IMG/VR virus record: IMGVR_UViG_3300045988_088962
Source of the DNA: a virus
Strand: one strand, 5' to 3'
Length of the DNA: 58,049 nucleotides
Shown here piece after piece: positions 9,101 to 17,803 of this stretch (the first letter of the stretch is position 1; each line of letters starts with the position of its first letter). The translations under genes and the position numbers were made by a program. Below the pieces are notes generated by a model that was given only the letters and a program-made list of their open reading frames with translations, was not told where the DNA came from and did no database searches.

Positions 9101-10316
9101 TCTGTGCAAGGTTGCCCTGCACATTGGCAGTCTGCTTCATAATGGCAATGTAACGCAGAACCGCCTTATCTGCCTGAGACAAGCTGGAAACCTGCTTGTT
9201 AAAGCCCAAAGCAAGAAGCTCCTGCTGTAACCGTGCCTGAGACAGGTCAACGCCCAAACGACGGATAGGCTCAATCTCGCCAGAGATTGCGGAGGACATT
9301 GCGGTAAAGGTCTCTGCAACGTCCTTGTTCCAATAGGAACCTTCATCGTAGGCAAGCTGAGTCAGGTTCTTAGACAGAACGTATGCCTTGTCGCTAGTCA
9401 GACCAAACGAAGTACCTAAGCTCTGAATGGTAGCCATGTAAGTCATCGCTTTGGTCGGGTCAACGCCAAGTAAGCCCTGCATCTTGCTAATGAGTGTATC
9501 GGCTTCACCGCTCAAATTGCCCATAGCGTTATGAAACAGGTCTGTTGCTTCGTAAAAGTCATTAAACTTCGCAACAGCGTTGCCAAGATACTCAGCAATG
9601 GCTTTCAACGAAACCAGCTTTGCTATGTTCCGCATAAAGCCGTTCATCTGATTGGACAGACTGAGATAGCTCTTGCGCTGCTTTTCATTGGCTGCGGTCA
9701 CGCGGTTTGCCTGTGTGACCACTTTGCTCAACTGCGGAGGGAGCTTTGCAAAAGCATTGCCTACCTTGTCGAGCTGAGATGCAAGGGGAGTAAGGGCGGT
9801 AGAAATCTTCTGGCAAGAGCTTGCAAAAGAATCAAGGTCTGTCGCTTTCAGCTTGTCGGTCAGGTCAGGAACCTTTCCGATCGCATTGAAAGCGCTGCCA
9901 AGAACTTTAAGGTTCGATGCGTCCAGAATGGACAGAGGAGCCAAAGCATTAGTAAGCTGAGTGATGCTTCCAGACATGGAGTAGAAATCCACACCGTTCA
10001 AACCGGACACGGTAGCAGGGATTTTCTTGATGGCGTTGACAACGCTGTTGATGCTTTTCACACTGCCGGAAAAATTTGCGTTGCCGATGCCATTCAGAAA
10101 ATTCGTGATGTTGTCCAGCCCAGACAGGCCAACAGATGCCTGTTTCAGCGCAGAAATGGAAGCGGACAGCTTATCAAGGCTGTTCACAACCTTTGTCACG
10201 TTGCCCTTTGTCCGCAAATTAGAAATGGCGGTAGCGAGCTTGTCGATATTAAGCTCTGCGCCCTGCGATTCCGCAGAGATTTCTACGGATAAGCTTGTAA
10301 TATCAACATCAGCCAT
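6198..10316 (-). CDS. Tape measure protein.
   Basis: About 1372 aa (the ORF is open to 10328). It is helical with multi-TM Gly/Ala-rich central blocks, follows the chaperone pair, and is the longest gene in the window. The start at 10316 has GGTGG 5 nt upstream. Confidence 0.9.
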   Translation of the reverse strand: MADVDITSLSVEISAESQGAELNIDKLATAISNLRTKGNVTKVVNSLDKLSASISALKQASVGLSGLDNITNFLNGIGNANFSGSVKSINSVVNAIKKIPATVSGLNGVDFYSMSGSITQLTNALAPLSILDASNLKVLGSAFNAIGKVPDLTDKLKATDLDSFASSCQKISTALTPLASQLDKVGNAFAKLPPQLSKVVTQANRVTAANEKQRKSYLSLSNQMNGFMRNIAKLVSLKAIAEYLGNAVAKFNDFYEATDLFHNAMGNLSGEADTLISKMQGLLGVDPTKAMTYMATIQSLGTSFGLTSDKAYVLSKNLTQLAYDEGSYWNKDVAETFTAMSSAISGEIEPIRRLGVDLSQARLQQELLALGFNKQVSSLSQADKAVLRYIAIMKQTANVQGNLAQTIQSPANQIKILKAQLDMLAKSVGSLLYPALKSILPPLIAAVQLIREFVEWVAKLMGVKVVFTDFTKSADSVGGIGDAMDDTADSTKKAAKALKDYTVGFDELNIIDPTQGSSGSGNGASAGNILGDVDLSGYDMFKQYNEEFAKQIDAIKQKIKDMLPIIGAITAALALWKIVDFLTDIATAISKMTELQKLALSIATVVVEASLVFSFAKGYASSGNPLELLGEVVSAAFGSFVLWRTMGADGITLGMGIAFVASLAGLTYALGTGEANLGDASTWIQSALTTAFGSIAGITLLTNLGVATGTAATLSIGLAGLITFAGITFSLGEKLKEFPVLNTIIAALMGIFGGVAGAGVALLVGASLPVAGAVAAAGVGIGLVLHWAGIKWGTKESGEKTDAAAEADIKMHHVENVFEQRIEAIKQIIVTKWNAAIDFMTSLPGKVGDIINSIGEWFSSLPEKIGHALGFAVGKIGEWVGNMVVTVTTEVPKIVSSVVKFFEELPGNIWTAILKTLDTISEWRKRMVAFVVVEIPKIISSIVSEFKKLPGELRKLGKFIWDGLINGLKDAWSTVTNGIKSFTDGFVNGFKDALGIHSPSTVFAEIGGYIVQGLANGINAASPYVEQAMTNLANVVQQKGNEMIDYGADVANGFVDNMVNTFDAKWNEIDNGLKSDFIGTIKGMIDAVKKGDIQTVAENTAAIIWKAMGEENRKQVKSYASDLVSNLTSALKTVGSKVFSSAKLVGKNILDGITSKFGEISTQVVSLGSKIASSFSSLIGPISASGKAISIGLSSGVLSQFPSIIAGIAGLIGQIGAAFMGILQTIGSVLTSLGIPTGVIMIAGGVAIAAAIAGIVGTLVGKYGTSSSPSVDNNYSSYPGTSDYDSANGSTTSVGSYYPSSSNSGASPAELRSAVHDGCYNAFLDIFQRYGDEITGGKELKIYLDGKQITASVEKRQSERGFQIMGDEVYSY

Positions 10317-10731
10317 CACTACCACCATCCTTTTCCATCATGGAGAACATCATGCGCTTAATGCGCTCCTGTGCTTCTGCAGCACGTTGGTATTCATACT
10401 CTTCTTTCTCCTTTTGAGTAAGGGGAATCGGTCTATCCATATACTTGATGGGTTTAGACCCTTTCTTTCGGAACATATTGCCAACCGTAGAGGAAAGCGC
10501 AGATGCCATGTAAAAACCGTTTCTCCATGCTTCTGCATTAGCTCTGCGTTCTCGCAGCTCCTCTGCGTCACGGTAGACCTTCGCCAGCCAGACATCACCG
10601 TGCCAGAACTGCTCGTAGGTCATGCCGATGGAGATGTAATAGGCTTCTACATCGTGGAACAGCTTAGAGAAGGAGAACGATTCTCCCTCTCCGTCTGGTT
10701 CCTGAGATTGTGCGGTTACACAATCTCCCAC
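10309..10731 (-). CDS. Frameshift-dependent C-terminal extension of the tail assembly chaperone (gpT-like part; the fusion product spans 10309..11063).
   Basis: This is the -1 frame relative to 10716..11063, entered at A_AAA_AAC (10737-10743). There is no independent RBS. Confidence 0.75.
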   Translation of the reverse strand: MGDCVTAQSQEPDGEGESFSFSKLFHDVEAYYISIGMTYEQFWHGDVWLAKVYRDAEELRERRANAEAWRNGFYMASALSSTVGNMFRKKGSKPIKYMDRPIPLTQKEKEEYEYQRAAEAQERIKRMMFSMMEKDGGSDG

Positions 10732-10743
10732 GTTGCGTTTTTT
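10704..10743 (-). promoter_or_regulatory. Programmed -1 ribosomal frameshift signal: a slippery heptamer plus a stimulatory hairpin.
   Basis: The minus strand reads GC A AAA AAC in the zero frame (10743-10737). After a 9-nt spacer comes a perfect 9-bp hairpin GAGATTGTG-taaccg-CACAATCTC (10727-10704). Confidence 0.8.
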
Positions 10744-11063
10744 GCGGTCTTGTCCTCAGTATCAGTTGCCAGCAGAGACTTAGAAGCGTCCATAAACATC
10801 TCAAGCAGCACAGCCATCAGCTCTTCCTTCTCGTCGATGTGGGCAAACATTTCGTCCACGACTTTACGCTTGATGCCACGATTCCGGGCAATAAACGCGC
10901 CGTAGAACAGGGCGCGGGAGTTGGACAGCAGGTTGGTCATCTGGGTGTACTGGCCAATCTGAAAGCCTGCACGTTCGGTAGCTTCCACGCTGTCACGGGT
11001 GAAAGTCAGCTCATAAGCGTTCTTGCCATCGGGGGAATGAAAATTGATAACCTTTGCAGCCAT
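10716..11063 (-). CDS. Tail assembly chaperone (gpG-like).
   Basis: 115 aa, located between the major tail protein and the tape measure. Its 3' end carries the slippery site. Confidence 0.75.
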   Translation of the reverse strand: MAAKVINFHSPDGKNAYELTFTRDSVEATERAGFQIGQYTQMTNLLSNSRALFYGAFIARNRGIKRKVVDEMFAHIDEKEELMAVLLEMFMDASKSLLATDTEDKTAKNATWEIV

Positions 11064-11088
11064 AATAAATGCTCTCCTTTATAAATAG

Positions 11089-11121
11089 GGGCAGAACCAA
11101 ATCCGATGTTCAGTTCTGCCC
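11089..11121 (-). terminator. Hairpin (attenuator or partial terminator) after the major tail gene.
   Basis: GGGCAGAAC / GTTCTGCCC form a 9-bp stem, followed on the minus strand by CTATTTAT. Confidence 0.4.
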
Positions 11122-11149
11122 GGTTTGTTTGATTGATCTGTTTTTTGGT

Positions 11150-11587
11150 TTAGCCGCCAGCGATAGTCAGAGTTTCGCTGAACTCAGGCTTCTTGGTAAA
11201 GATACAGTTGATGGTCATTTCCACGACCTCGTCAACGCCAAAGCCAGACAGGCCAACCTGGTGCATACCCTGCCAAGAAAAGCCGGAACCGTCCTGCATT
11301 TTCAGCGCGTAATACTTAACGGCATTGCTTTCGGAAGTTTCGTCATAACCAGCTTCCTTGACTTTCTTGTAGTCATCCTTGTTATAGTTTGCGGTGAAAG
11401 ACTTGGTGTCGCTCTGGATGATACCAAAGATGTTGACCTGCATGGGGTCAGACAGAGTGGTTGCGTCCAGAAGGTTCGGCTCGGAGATCAGGTCAGGCAC
11501 ATCCTTGATGTCGCACAGCTTCGTCAAAGCGGTTGCGCTGTTGCCACAATACAGGGTGGTATTCAGACCGGAGATAGCAGTACTCAT
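11150..11587 (-). CDS. Major tail (tube) protein, siphovirus type.
   Basis: 145 aa with an AAGGAGG RBS, located immediately upstream of the chaperone pair. No sheath gene is present. Confidence 0.75.
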   Translation of the reverse strand: MSTAISGLNTTLYCGNSATALTKLCDIKDVPDLISEPNLLDATTLSDPMQVNIFGIIQSDTKSFTANYNKDDYKKVKEAGYDETSESNAVKYYALKMQDGSGFSWQGMHQVGLSGFGVDEVVEMTINCIFTKKPEFSETLTIAGG

Positions 11588-11602
11588 AGAATGTTTACCT
11601 CC

Positions 11603-12004
11603 TTAGTTTCGGTAAATCATTCCGTCCTCTCCGATTGTTGCCCCATAGCTGCAATCAATCCGATAGACGGAATTGTTATACAGCCCATTCAACGGGGCAA
11701 ACGATTTGCGATAAAATTTAAGCGGTTCAAGAACAGAATCCACGATTCCAACGATGGAACGTGCTTCTGCAATGCGCCCGGTGTTCTTGTTAGAGTAGAC
11801 CCGCACACGCAGGGAAACGGCAGCGTACTTGCTGTGACCAGCAGAATCAATGTGCACAGGAAGATTGCTGTTTTCCTCTATCTGCACACACGGAAACTTC
11901 TTAACGTTGCTGTCATTGATTTCACCAGTGACAAAGATGCCGGGGACTTGCTTTCGCAGTTCCTTGGCAACAGCCGTGAAGATAGAATTGAAATAATCAA
12001 TCAA
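11603..12004 (-). CDS. Tail terminator / tail-completion protein (assigned by position).
   Basis: 133 aa, between the gp10-like neck protein and the major tail protein. Confidence 0.5.
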   Translation of the reverse strand: MIDYFNSIFTAVAKELRKQVPGIFVTGEINDSNVKKFPCVQIEENSNLPVHIDSAGHSKYAAVSLRVRVYSNKNTGRIAEARSIVGIVDSVLEPLKFYRKSFAPLNGLYNNSVYRIDCSYGATIGEDGMIYRN

Positions 12005-12522
12005 CTATTCCAGACCTCCCTCCACGTTGCTTCGACTTGAGAAGCCATTTCCTCAACAGCTCCCCACATAGCCATAGCCGGTTCGTTACCGTCCGTGTAG
12101 TTAAGCTGTCCCTTGCCGTCCACCGTTTTTACGGGTGTACCAGCATTGCCAGCTTCTCCGTAGTAGTACCATCTGCGGTTTGCTCCTTGCCCTTTGCCGT
12201 AGGAGCCATGCGCACCAACGCCGGGCGGTAGTTCGCCGCCATATCCGTTGTGATGTATGCCAGTGCCAAACTCGATAAAGGCAACTGCCTTACCCTCTGC
12301 AACGATGGTACAGGTGTTTCCGTTCTGCTCAACACGGCAAGAAACATCGTTACTGCCAGCATATTGAGCATTAGCAAAGCGAACTTTTGCCACGTCAAGC
12401 CCTTTGTCAGCCAGTGCCTTTGAAAACTCCTGCGCTTTTTGATTCAGGGTGGTCTTGTGCTCCCGTATCTGACGTTCCGCATCACGAAGTCCGGCATCGC
12501 TCAACCTCACTTTAATTTTCAC
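12001..12522 (-). CDS. HK97 gp10-like neck protein.
   Basis: It contains AVAFIEFGTG, resembling the gp10-family EFGT motif, and lies in the head-tail joining block. Start and stop overlap the neighbouring genes. Confidence 0.55.
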   Translation of the reverse strand: MKIKVRLSDAGLRDAERQIREHKTTLNQKAQEFSKALADKGLDVAKVRFANAQYAGSNDVSCRVEQNGNTCTIVAEGKAVAFIEFGTGIHHNGYGGELPPGVGAHGSYGKGQGANRRWYYYGEAGNAGTPVKTVDGKGQLNYTDGNEPAMAMWGAVEEMASQVEATWREVWNS

Positions 12523-12886
12523 TTGCAGCCACCTCCTTCAGCGCATACAACGTGTCCGTGATATGCTCTGCAACTTTGACCACAATGTAGTTAAAGGGCT
12601 TTGAAACGTCCGTCTGAAACCAAACGTGCGTGCCCTCATAAAGTGGAGTGTTATGCTTTTTGTTGGATGAACTGACCACATAGCTGTAATCCGTGAACGC
12701 CCCAAAAGGGCTTGCTTCCGCAGAACCAGTAGGCGGGCTGACGTTCAGAATCAGCTTTGCAGGGTCACTCCACGTCTGCGATGTCTCGCCAGTTTCGTTT
12801 CCCCATTCGTCCACAACAGGCGTTTTCTCGCCAACAGGGTTCGAGTACCACAGCGGGCGCTTGTCCAGCGGGCTTCCATTGAACAT
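12512..12886 (-). CDS. Head closure / head-tail adaptor protein (assigned by position).
   Basis: 124 aa, with overlapping gene junctions within the connector block. Confidence 0.5.
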   Translation of the reverse strand: MFNGSPLDKRPLWYSNPVGEKTPVVDEWGNETGETSQTWSDPAKLILNVSPPTGSAEASPFGAFTDYSYVVSSSNKKHNTPLYEGTHVWFQTDVSKPFNYIVVKVAEHITDTLYALKEVAASEN

Positions 12887-13230
12887 CAGCCGATAACACC
12901 TACTCTCGGAACAACTTCATTCAGCAGGGACTGCGCCACATCGGAGCTTTCCCACACACGAGTGATGCCGTTGTTGGTATAGCTCGTCTGTCCATTTGCG
13001 CCGATGTGGTTATACAGTTCAGCTGCAATGCGTATCTGCAACGACTGATACTGCAAGGGCAGCTCGTCCGGTCTGTTGCCGAAGGGGTAGCCCTGTGCAA
13101 ATATCTTGTCTTTAGCGAAATCAAGCAGCAGGTCGAAAAGTGGGTAGTCCTCGTCCGTGATTTCGCGGTCAAGTGCAGGAGCAATGTACTGCCCCAGCTT
13201 GACTGCCGCTTCAGAATACTGGTCTCCCAT
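12886..13230 (-). CDS. Head-tail connector protein (gp6-like, assigned by position).
   Basis: 114 aa, the first gene after the capsid gene, with an AGGAGG-like RBS. Confidence 0.5.
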   Translation of the reverse strand: MGDQYSEAAVKLGQYIAPALDREITDEDYPLFDLLLDFAKDKIFAQGYPFGNRPDELPLQYQSLQIRIAAELYNHIGANGQTSYTNNGITRVWESSDVAQSLLNEVVPRVGVIG

Positions 13231-13250
13231 GCTGCTTTCCTCCTTTCGCC

Positions 13251-14327
13251 TTAGTAAGCCTTGATGCAGTACACAGCGTCCATGCGCTCAAAGGACGGCA
13301 GGACGATTTCGGAAGCGTAGACGTTGGCATTGACCGGATGAACGGTCAGCTCGGTGGTGATGGCGACGCCGGTGTTCACGATGGACACGGATGCGCCAGA
13401 CTGGCCGGACAGCAGGTCGGCTTCCTCAGGAGTAGTGCCGTACCAAGTGCTGCCCAGAGCACCGGACGGAGCAACCACCACCATGCCGTCAGGCAGGTAC
13501 TTCTCGCTTGCACTGTACTGGTCTGCCTTGAACATCTTGTCGTACAGATGAATGGTCAGACCGGTTGCAGATTCGATAATCTGCCGTGCTTCAGCGTCCA
13601 GCAGAACGGCGTTCGCCTTTGCGGTGACGGTCATGAACCGGTTCTTCACCTCATCCGAAGCAATCATGTTGCGGAAGGTGGCAGTATTCATGTACACCTC
13701 AGTCACAACCTCGCCCACGCTTGCCAGAACAGCGTCCTTTGCGGCGTTCAGGTCAGCAATGGGGGTGGCGGTGGTGACGTTCCACTTAGACTTTGCGGCA
13801 GAGACTTCCTTGTAGTTGGTGGACTTCCAAGTACCGTCCGGGTCGTAATTGTAGGTGTAATTCACGCCGTTCGCCTTAATGGTGATGCCAGGGACGCCAT
13901 TGGCGGGAGCCAGAAGCTGCCAGATCATGCGCTCAGGAACAATGCGTGCGCCAGTGATAAGCTGTGCGGTGTCATCGTACAGGCGGTTCATCACGTCGCG
14001 GGCATAGGGGTCGTTGCTGTCCAGAACACGCAGGATTTCCTGACGGTCTTTTTCGCCCAGATGGTAGCCCTCACGGAAGAACGGCATCTCGGTCTCATCA
14101 AACTTGAAGCCCTCACGGGTGCGGAACGTAGCCTTTGCGTCAAATGCGCTGGGCATCAGGGAAACGCCAACGCCCTTGTGACCACGCAGCCACTTCAGGT
14201 CAAGACCGGCCTTCTTTTTTGCAGGGAACAGCGCATCAGATGCGAAAGGCATCGCATTAGTGGGGTCATTCGTCCAATAGGCGGCAATTGCAGCCGGGGC
14301 AAAGACTTCCTTAAGATTCAGTGCCAT
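13251..14327 (-). CDS. Major capsid protein (capsid protein E-like).
   Basis: 358 aa. The N-terminus LNLKEVFAPAAIAAYW...LFPAKK resembles the capsid-E family. It follows the scaffold and decoration genes and has a GGAGG RBS. Confidence 0.85.
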   Translation of the reverse strand: MALNLKEVFAPAAIAAYWTNDPTNAMPFASDALFPAKKKAGLDLKWLRGHKGVGVSLMPSAFDAKATFRTREGFKFDETEMPFFREGYHLGEKDRQEILRVLDSNDPYARDVMNRLYDDTAQLITGARIVPERMIWQLLAPANGVPGITIKANGVNYTYNYDPDGTWKSTNYKEVSAAKSKWNVTTATPIADLNAAKDAVLASVGEVVTEVYMNTATFRNMIASDEVKNRFMTVTAKANAVLLDAEARQIIESATGLTIHLYDKMFKADQYSASEKYLPDGMVVVAPSGALGSTWYGTTPEEADLLSGQSGASVSIVNTGVAITTELTVHPVNANVYASEIVLPSFERMDAVYCIKAY

Positions 14328-14343
14328 GTTGTTTTACCTCCTA

Positions 14344-14688
14344 TTAAGCGTTCACGCTGATGTTGTCACGGCAGAAGATGCCAGGGATGGCGGTCTTAAG
14401 TGCAGTAATCGCATCAGAATCATAGGTAAAGCCGGAACTTGCAGCAGCTTTCTTGGTGTCGATAACGCCACGAATCAGCAGGGAAGCATTGGGGTTCTCT
14501 GTCGGGTCAACGTCATACAGAAGAATACCGTCTGCTGTGGCAGAAGTTGCTTTCTTTCCAGCTTTGGTCATGGGATAGCCAGCCTTAACCGCAGCAGCTT
14601 CAGTCACGGTAAAGGGAATGGCAGTGTAGTCATTGGAAGCAAGGATGGTGTCGTTGATTCCGTTGACCGTGTTTCGGGTAAACTTCAT
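14344..14688 (-). CDS. Head decoration-like protein.
   Basis: 114 aa from the ATG at 14688 (AAGGAGGAAAAC upstream), between the scaffold and capsid genes. Confidence 0.5.
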   Translation of the reverse strand: MKFTRNTVNGINDTILASNDYTAIPFTVTEAAAVKAGYPMTKAGKKATSATADGILLYDVDPTENPNASLLIRGVIDTKKAAASSGFTYDSDAITALKTAIPGIFCRDNISVNA

Positions 14689-14701
14689 GTTTTCCTCCTT
14701 G

Positions 14702-15283
14702 TTAATGGAAAGCACTCATTGCGTCACTCGATGCCTTAGAAGTATTGGCATTCTGCTGTGCAAGGCTCTTAGCAAACGCCACGCCCTCACTATCAGAGCT
14801 GCCCTTACCATCCGCACCCGGAGGCGTGGGCATATCCTTCAGCAGAGAAGCCTTGTATGCAGTGTCATGAGCAGTCATGAACTCCGACTGGAACTTAAAC
14901 ACCTTGTCCATGTCGCCGTCAGCCAGTGCAGATGCAGCCTTGCCAGCCAGTTCAGCGTCATAACCCTGTGCAACGAACCTCTCACGGTAAGATGTAAGGG
15001 TCTTTTCCTTGACGAGGTTCTCCTTGTCGGCAGTCAGGGCTTCAATCTGCTTCTGCATCTCTGCCAGCTTGTCAGCCTGTTCCTGTGCGGCGTTCTCGTC
15101 ATCGGTGCGCTTTGCCTTGAGCTGTTTCTTGTACTCAGCAGCTTCACCGTTGGCTTTCGTCACGGCGTTGCGCAGCTTCTCGACCTCTGCGTTAGGGTCT
15201 GCAACCTTTTCCAGCGCAGAAATGATTTCATCGGCGGTCATGCCCTCTTTGTAGGCATTACCAAGCAACACATTGAGTTTCAT
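14702..15283 (-). CDS. Capsid scaffolding protein.
   Basis: A charged coiled-coil protein (…EVEKLRNAVTKANGEAAEYKKQLKAK…) with AGGAGG before the ATG at 15283, located upstream of the capsid gene. Confidence 0.7.
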   Translation of the reverse strand: MKLNVLLGNAYKEGMTADEIISALEKVADPNAEVEKLRNAVTKANGEAAEYKKQLKAKRTDDENAAQEQADKLAEMQKQIEALTADKENLVKEKTLTSYRERFVAQGYDAELAGKAASALADGDMDKVFKFQSEFMTAHDTAYKASLLKDMPTPPGADGKGSSDSEGVAFAKSLAQQNANTSKASSDAMSAFH

Positions 15284-15393
15284 ATCGTTAATTTCCTCCT
15301 GCGTTTTTTTACCGTTGCTTCCCTGCAACGCTGCGAAATTTGTATCCCGGCTTCCCTGCCGGAATATATCAGCCCGCTTATGCGGATTGATTT

Positions 15394-15777
15394 TTAGTCG
15401 ATTCGTTCTCCTGCTGCGTTATAAACCGCTTCTGCGCTTGTGACATCAGGCGCAGAAAAATTTGTAGGGACAAGATAAACCGGCATTCCATAAAGCTTTG
15501 CAGCGTCAGCCTCCACAGTGCAGCCGTTATACAGCCACGCATTATCGCCGCAAATACCGATGAAATAATCAGCCTGCGAGAGGAGTTCGATGCTCTTGCC
15601 AAGATACCAAAGCCCTTCAGTTCTGCACTTAGGTGGTTTATCCTCGATATAGGTAGGGATAACCTCAAGGCTCTCACCGTACACTGCTTCGGCAATCTTG
15701 TGCAAACGGTCAAACGTCATCCGAATTTTTTCTTCCGACCGATTCTTCATCGGGCAAGAAATAAACAGCTTCTTCAT
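15394..15777 (-). CDS. DUF4406 / nucleoside 2-deoxyribosyltransferase-like protein (a moron within the head module).
   Basis: The pattern MKKLFISCPM...LSQADYFIGICGDNAWLYNGCTVEADAAKLYGMPV resembles the DUF4406/NDT fold signature. GGAGG RBS. Confidence 0.5.
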   Translation of the reverse strand: MKKLFISCPMKNRSEEKIRMTFDRLHKIAEAVYGESLEVIPTYIEDKPPKCRTEGLWYLGKSIELLSQADYFIGICGDNAWLYNGCTVEADAAKLYGMPVYLVPTNFSAPDVTSAEAVYNAAGERID

Positions 15778-17276
15778 TTTTGTCCTCCTTCCTTTGCATT
15801 AGCCTGTTCGCCAACCATTTTGCCGTTGTCGGCAATATGGTCAGTAGGCTGTTCCTGCGGTTTCGGAGCTTTGCCATCCTCGCCCAGCTTGCCAGCGGCA
15901 ATCAGAAAGGGTTTGCTCATTTCATAAGCAGCCTGTGGGTCAGGGAACAAACCGGGCGTAGTAAATGCCAGCTGCGGGTCAATCGGCTGCTGAATCATCT
16001 GTGCGAAAATCTGAACCTTGCTCTGCTGGTTATCGTACTGACGGCGTGGCAACTTGATATTGATGTCGCTTGCCATTAGCTTAGAACCAGCCGTATCACG
16101 CAGGATTTTCAGCATCACAGACAGGCTTTGGCGTTCAGCATACTTGAACATATTCTCGTACTGCTGCGCTCTTGCTTCAGTGTGATTCCAGCCATTGCGG
16201 ACGATAACTGCGCCCACGTTGTCGGACGTTGCGTTCTCGCTACCAGTGGCACTAGGCATGGCAGTCAGACTACGGTACACGTTCAACATAGAATCAAGCA
16301 AGGTCTGGCTCTGCTGCTGGTCAAGCTCGTTTGCAATCTGCGAAACAGATGCGGGCAAGCCAGAAGTGGATTTCAAGCACATTGCGCCCAATTCCTTGAC
16401 CTGCTTTAGAGCATTTTCGTCCACAAGGCAGTTCGTGAACACCATGATGGACTGGATAAACTGTGCCACGCCGTCCAAACGGTTGCTTTCAAGGTCGTTG
16501 ATGGCATCCAGAACAGGGATAGCCGGTTCAAACAGACCCATACGCTCCGGGTTGAGCTTGTATTCGACCATCGGCAACATTCCAAGAGAATGGTTCTCCG
16601 ACTTTGTGACCTTGCCATTGTCGATTTCAAAGTACTGGTTTGGCGTATACACGCAAATCAGGTCGTTCAGGTCATTCTGATAATTGCGCGGGATATGCAG
16701 CACGTTGGCAATCGGCTTGTGACCGATGCCGGAGTTGTAAATCACATACGTCATGTCCGGGTCGGGAACGTCCACCAGAAGGGGCGTTTCATCCGGGTAG
16801 TTGCCGCCATACCCCTTGTCAGGGAGAACGATGCGGTATCCCTGTCCGCACTCCAACATCCACTGCCAGAGCCGCCGATCGAGCGCATCCTTGCCCTCAT
16901 ACTGCAAGGCGTTGGACAGCCGGGCGATTTCCTCGCCGTCACCCGTTGCCGTTTCAGACCGCACATAAGAGCAAGGCGTGCCGCTCATATAGCCCGTGTA
17001 AAAGCCCACGCACTCGTTGGCGTGGTTCTCCACAATACGGTTGGTGATTTCAGCGTGGTATTCTTTCGTACGATGGAGGACAGGCTGGCTACCCAAGTAG
17101 TAATTGTGCAGAAAGCGAATCTCGTTCTTGTTCAGCAGATGAATAGGCTCTGCCTTGCCCATGACCACTTTCAGCACGTTCGCCTGATTGATTTCCGTCT
17201 CCGGCGTTTCAATCGGCCTACGTCCGGTCAGCGGTTCATTCAAAAATCCATCAACAACTATCTGATACTCAGCCAT
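15774..17276 (-). CDS. Portal protein (SPP1 gp6-like).
   Basis: 500 aa from the ATG at 17276 (AAGGAGGAACGC upstream), located between the terminase and the scaffold. Confidence 0.85.
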   Translation of the reverse strand: MAEYQIVVDGFLNEPLTGRRPIETPETEINQANVLKVVMGKAEPIHLLNKNEIRFLHNYYLGSQPVLHRTKEYHAEITNRIVENHANECVGFYTGYMSGTPCSYVRSETATGDGEEIARLSNALQYEGKDALDRRLWQWMLECGQGYRIVLPDKGYGGNYPDETPLLVDVPDPDMTYVIYNSGIGHKPIANVLHIPRNYQNDLNDLICVYTPNQYFEIDNGKVTKSENHSLGMLPMVEYKLNPERMGLFEPAIPVLDAINDLESNRLDGVAQFIQSIMVFTNCLVDENALKQVKELGAMCLKSTSGLPASVSQIANELDQQQSQTLLDSMLNVYRSLTAMPSATGSENATSDNVGAVIVRNGWNHTEARAQQYENMFKYAERQSLSVMLKILRDTAGSKLMASDINIKLPRRQYDNQQSKVQIFAQMIQQPIDPQLAFTTPGLFPDPQAAYEMSKPFLIAAGKLGEDGKAPKPQEQPTDHIADNGKMVGEQANAKEGGQK

Positions 17277-17368
17277 GCGTTCCTCCTTTCCGGCAAAATA
17301 AAAAGCGCAGCAAGACAAACCTGTTAAGGTTTATCTCACTGCGCTTACAACTGCGCTTCAAAAGCTAT

Positions 17369-17557
17369 TCAGTTTTTAAACTTTGGTACGGAGACCCATG
17401 TATCTTTTGGAAGGTTGGAATCTCCAATTGTAATCCAATGGCAAAGAGGACACAGAAGGGAGAACTTACCTTCCACTTCGCCAAGATAACGTCCGCAATC
17501 ACACGGATTTCCGTTTGCGTCTTTTCGAGGACGCTTGCATCGTACTTTTGCTACCAT
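17369..17557 (-). CDS. Small zinc-ribbon protein (Com-like architecture).
   Basis: 62 aa with the spacing C..C-C...C-x2-C (RCKRP...CDCGRYL...LCPLCHW). AAAGGAG RBS. Confidence 0.55.
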   Translation of the reverse strand: MVAKVRCKRPRKDANGNPCDCGRYLGEVEGKFSLLCPLCHWITIGDSNLPKDTWVSVPKFKN

Positions 17558-17725
17558 CTGTGCTCCTTTCGTTGGATTTCTGGAAACAGGCTGTTGAGCA
17601 CAGACCTGTCAGAAGCTACTGGGAAACTATTCGCACTTCCAGCCGTGCTATTCTTCGCCCGAAGAAAACCATTGCAGCCTTTACATTCAGTTGTCGGACA
17701 GACGTAAACGGGTCAGCTGCAATTT

Positions 17726-17803
17726 TGGTGCTGCATAATGGATTTGAACCAATGTATGTCCGGTTATGAGCCGGGTGCTCTAGCCTAACTGAGCTAATGC
17801 AAC
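17726..17803 (-). tRNA. tRNA with a CAT anticodon (Met, or Ile2 if lysidinylated), with CCA encoded.
   Basis: I folded it by hand. It has a 7-bp acceptor stem (GTTGCAT/ATGCAGC, one G:U), a D arm GCTC..GAGC, the loop CTCATAA, a T loop TTCAAAT and a 3' ACCA. There is one mismatch each in the anticodon and T stems. Confidence 0.75.

Noticed and set aside
9531-12040. Long plus-strand ORFs (253, 292, 124 and 323 aa) opposite the tape measure, chaperone and tail genes. Similar ORFs lie at 208-1502, 13338-14360, 14633-15397 and 16590-17327.
   Set aside because: They are shadow frames of well-supported minus-strand structural genes. They have no RBSs and would break the tightly coupled late operon.
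17369-17557. Assigning the 62-aa zinc-ribbon protein as a Mu Com translational activator.
   Set aside because: Only the size and Cys spacing are reminiscent of Com. No mom-like target gene is present. I kept it as a generic zinc-ribbon protein.
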